A stretch of DNA of 64,000 bases from positions 21,153,292-21,217,291 of the forward strand of contig OZ316898.1 of NCBI GenBank assembly GCA_973895155.1. Direction: 5' to 3'. This document shows, one piece after another, positions 60,216 to 64,000 of the stretch (position 1 is the first letter of the stretch; the number at the start of each line of letters is the position of its first letter). Below the pieces are notes generated by a model that saw only the letters and a program-made list of their open reading frames with translations, did no database searches and was not told the DNA's origin. Source of the DNA: Marsupella aquatica. Its lineage: Eukaryota; Plantae; Marchantiophyta. The translations under genes and the position numbers were made by a program.

Positions 60216-63200
60216 GACCCCCTCTATCACTGTATCCTAGGACACCAAGGATGACCTTAGGAAAAGCATCAGGGAGATAGATGGGTATGACAGTGGACTA
60301 GAGTCAGCCAATGAGGTACGTTGGCTAGAATGCCTCACTGACCTAACCGAAGAAAGTGTCTTTGGACCAGAGGTGCCCCCCAGCGGACTATGGCAGGAAC
60401 CTATGGAGAGTGACTTGGAGGAAGGTGAAAAAGAGACCAAGGACTGCTTTACCATAGAATCCACCTTTTTAGCTTCAATTCTGGAGGAAACACAAGAGGT
60501 GGACCAGTTGGATGAAACGGCTAGGTGGGGAGCGGCAGTAAGAACAGTGGATTTTCCTCTGGCATTGTGGCAGAGCCGACAAGATCCACAACGCCGTCGA
60601 TCATCGGCAAGAAATTAAATACCAAGGGATCGGCTTACAAACCGATCACAAGGGCATAACAAATTGAGGCCCTACTAGAGGTCGGAAGAGCACAACGACC
60701 TGACTCCCAAGAAGCGGGAATGGAAGAAGTACACAGAAACAAACCAGAGCCGAGTCAAGAAGGGAAGTCGACCACCAATAGACCGGCAAGGGAACAGTCT
60801 GCGGATAAAAAGGGAGAAATCAAGTCAACCGACTCGGCTAGTACAGTCGAGATTCCAGTTTATGGAGGTATGAGACTGGAGAGGCTGGAATCCGAGCTGG
60901 ACCCAAATTTGAAGAAGCAGATTAATATGATTCAAGCACGGCAATACCAAAAGCTTGACTTAGGAGAAGGAAGGGAATTGAACTTAGGACGGGACCTAAC
61001 ACCTGAACTTGAGAAGGAGATCAGTGAATTACTAATTGAATTTCAGGATGTGTTTGCATGGAGTCACCAGGACCTGAAGGGAGTAGACCCAAAATTGGGA
61101 GAACACCGAATTGATCTCATGTTAGGGGCCAAATCATTTTGGCAACCAATTCAAAGAATGAACCCAAAGTATTCCCTGATGGTCAAAGCTGAAATTGACA
61201 AGCTAGTGGAGGCCGGATTCATCAGTCTAGTCCTACATTCAGACTGGGTGTCTCCAATTGTGATAGTTCCCAAGAAAGTTGGACCCAATGGTAAACCCAA
61301 GATCCGGGTTTCTCAGGATTACAGGAAGTTGAATGAGGCTACGTTAAAAGACCATTTTCCTTTACCCTTTACTGATATGGTACTAGATATGGTAGCCAGT
61401 CATGAACTATACTCATTCATGGATGGTTACTCTGGTTATAACCAAATCAAGATTAGGCAGGAGGATCAAATCAAGACAGCCTTCATCACGGAATGGGGGA
61501 TCTATGTCTTCAATTGTATGTCGTTTGGACTCTGTAACGCACCAGCAATGTTCCAATGATTAATGGTGAACATTTTCCATGACTACTTAAGAAAGTTTAT
61601 GGAAATCTTCATTGATGACTTTGCAGTGTTTGGAAAGGCATCAAAACATGCTAAATACCTCAGAAAGACCTTCATGAGATGTAGAGAGGTAGGTCTCAAG
61701 TTACACCCAGATAATTAAATGTTTCTTTGGAGTTATGGAAGGTGTGCTGCTAGGGCACAAGGTATCAAAGAAGGGCATTGAGATTGACAAAGGTAAGCTA
61801 GCAGTATGGCTAGATATCATGCAACCTAAAAACATAAAGGATGTAAGATCCTTCTTGGGGTGCATTGGGTATTATCGCCGGTTCATCAAGGATTTTGCAA
61901 AGATAGCTTTACCATTAACCAACATGCTCAAGGCAGGTGCAGACTTCGAACCCACACCAGAATGAGTAACAGCAGTGGTGGAATTGAAGCAAATGTTAGT
62001 AGAGGCCCCAGTCATGATAGCACCAGACTGGAACAAGGATTTTCATGTCTTTGTAGATGTCTCAGGCTTTTGTATCGGCTCAGTATTAAGTCAGTTGGAT
62101 GAGAAAGGAAGGGACCATCCTATATACTTTGCAAGCCGCCAGCTTGCCGATGCTGAACGAAACTACTCCACCACATAAAGAGAAGCATTAGAAGTCATTT
62201 ATTCGTGTAAAAAGTTTAGGCATTATTTGCTAGGGTACAAGGTAATCTTTCATACTGATCATGAAAGTTTGAAGTACCTAGTAAATAAGCCGGACCTTAC
62301 AGGCAGGGTAGCAAGATGGATTTTGCTATTACAGGAATTTGACTACGAGCTAAAAATCAAACCGGGAAAACTACACGCCAATGCCAACTTCTTTTCAAGG
62401 ATCACAGGTGAACCTACCATGGATTGCATCGACGATCGATTTCCCGACGAGGAGCTATTCGTTGTGGAAATAGCTAATACCTGGTACCCTGAGATTTTAC
62501 AATTTCTTAGCACATCCATATTACAGCCAGGGCTAAGCCGAGAGCAAGCCGCAGTCTTTCTACGGAAGGTCAGACAGTATCAGTGCATTAAGGGTGTGCT
62601 CCACAGGTATGGAATTAGCGGCACGATTCAAAGGTGTTTGGAGGAGGGAGAGGTAAAACGAGTCTTACGGGCTATGCATGGGGAGGAGGCCGGAGGACAT
62701 TTTGCTCCAGTAACCACATCTAAAAAGATATTAAATGCCGGTTACTAGTGGCCCACCTTGCACAAAGATGTCTATCAATTTATCAAACAATGCGATCCTT
62801 GTCAACAAGCGGGAGGACCAAGGGCGTCCACAAGACATCCACTGCACCCTATTCTACCTCTGGCACCATTCGAGAAGTGGGGTATTGATTACATTGGACC
62901 CCTGAAACCACTGACCCATCCGCGGAGAAACAAGTACATAATCCTAGCCACAAATTATGCAACTAAATGGGTAGAGGCCAGGCCGACCACGAAGGATGAT
63001 GCCATTACCACGGCTTGATTCATGTATGAGCAGATCTTCACCAGGTATGGCGCACCCCTAGAATTAGTTAGTGACAGAGGAACCCATTTTCTGAATGATA
63101 TAATAAATTGTTTAAATGAGCAGTATTTAGTTAGACATAGGCCTACTACTCCCTACCACCCAAAGGCAAATGGGTTGATAGAACGAGCCAATGGATTTAT

Positions 63201-63816
63201 AGGAAAAATATTAAACAAGACTGTAGCCCAAAACAAACTTGATTGGGATGATAAATTGTTTGCTGCTATTTTTGCTTACAATTTAGCCTATAAATCCACT
63301 GCCGGTCATACACCCTTTTTCTTAACCTTTGGGCAGGAGGCTCTGGTACCCATGCAACTTGAGATTCCTACATTTCAAGTTACAATTGAGGAGAGAGTCT
63401 CAGAGGAGGAAAGCCTAAAGGAGCGAGAATATAGATTAGAGGCCCTAGAAGAGGCAAGAATGATTTCAGCAGAGAGAGTAGAATATAGACAGAATACCAT
63501 GAAGCAACAGTATGATAAAAAGTTGAAACCAGTTAGTATTCACATAGGAGATCTTGTATTACTTTATGACAGTAGGTATAGTAGGTTTCCAGGTTAACTT
63601 TACACTCGCTGGTTAGGACCCTTCAGGGTAACCATGAAGTTCTCCAATGGCTCCGTGCAATTGGCAAACATTACTGGAGAGGTGTACCCAGTTCGCATCC
63701 ATTAAGACCGCCTCAAGAAATACTATATGGACAAAGATAAAGTTGTTCGCGAGGACACTTCACAATTAAGTGGGGAGCTATGTGATGCCAAGCCAGGAAT
63801 CACTAGGGCAGTTTAA
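60216..63816 (+). pseudogene. pol: pol pseudogene of element E
   Basis: Series of ORFs from 60373 to 63597 with RT, RH and IN motifs, broken by stops. Confidence 0.92.
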
Positions 63817-64000
63817 ATGGTAAAGTTGTACCCTGGAAACACATTAGTATAGTAACCAAAACATGGCAAATATAAACAAATAAGAGTGACTATGGGACCC
63901 GAGCCGAGGCTGGAAGTAAGGACATCGGGGGAGGGAAAACGATTAGGGTTAGGGCGCGCTCGGTGCCGGCGGGTAGGAGTAACCAACGGGAGGGAAGACC
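60216..64000 (+). mobile_element. Family-1 element E: decayed PR-RT-RH-IN, PPT (63767-63780) and start of the 3' LTR (63781 onward, runs off the window)
   Basis: Colinear with the pol of element A; taagtggggagcta|tgtgatgcc; ORF-X ATG at 63892. Confidence 0.92.

Overview
Repeat-dense eukaryotic window, most likely a land plant (TTTAGGG motifs, CACTA, Helitron and Athila-like elements); I found no confident host gene. Positions 1-19.5 kb hold non-autonomous Helitrons, small repeats, an orphan Cys/His-rich ORF and a decayed ~670-codon gene. Positions 19.6-64 kb are a nest of transposons. A left-truncated CACTA element (28206-54519) is interrupted by a complete 15.5-kb Ty3/gypsy element (element A, 29772-45313, minus strand, TSD GAGAA) and by a 4.5-kb solo LTR of a second family (48887-53397, TSD GCCAG). 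Five more partial copies of the first gypsy family (B-F) and a truncated LINE are also present. Main result: the gypsy LTRs are 4.66 kb long and each carries a complete ~1207-codon gene (ORF-X: conserved domain plus long coiled coil). The unrelated solo LTR carries a distant homolog, and a third homolog lies at 7.4-9.5 kb, which points to a family of LTR-encoded accessory proteins that survive solo-LTR formation. The same element shows a conserved -1 frameshift signal between protease and RT (GGAUUUU plus predicted pseudoknot) and an exact copy of its PPT near the centre of the provirus. Family assignments come from motif recognition by eye; no searches were run.
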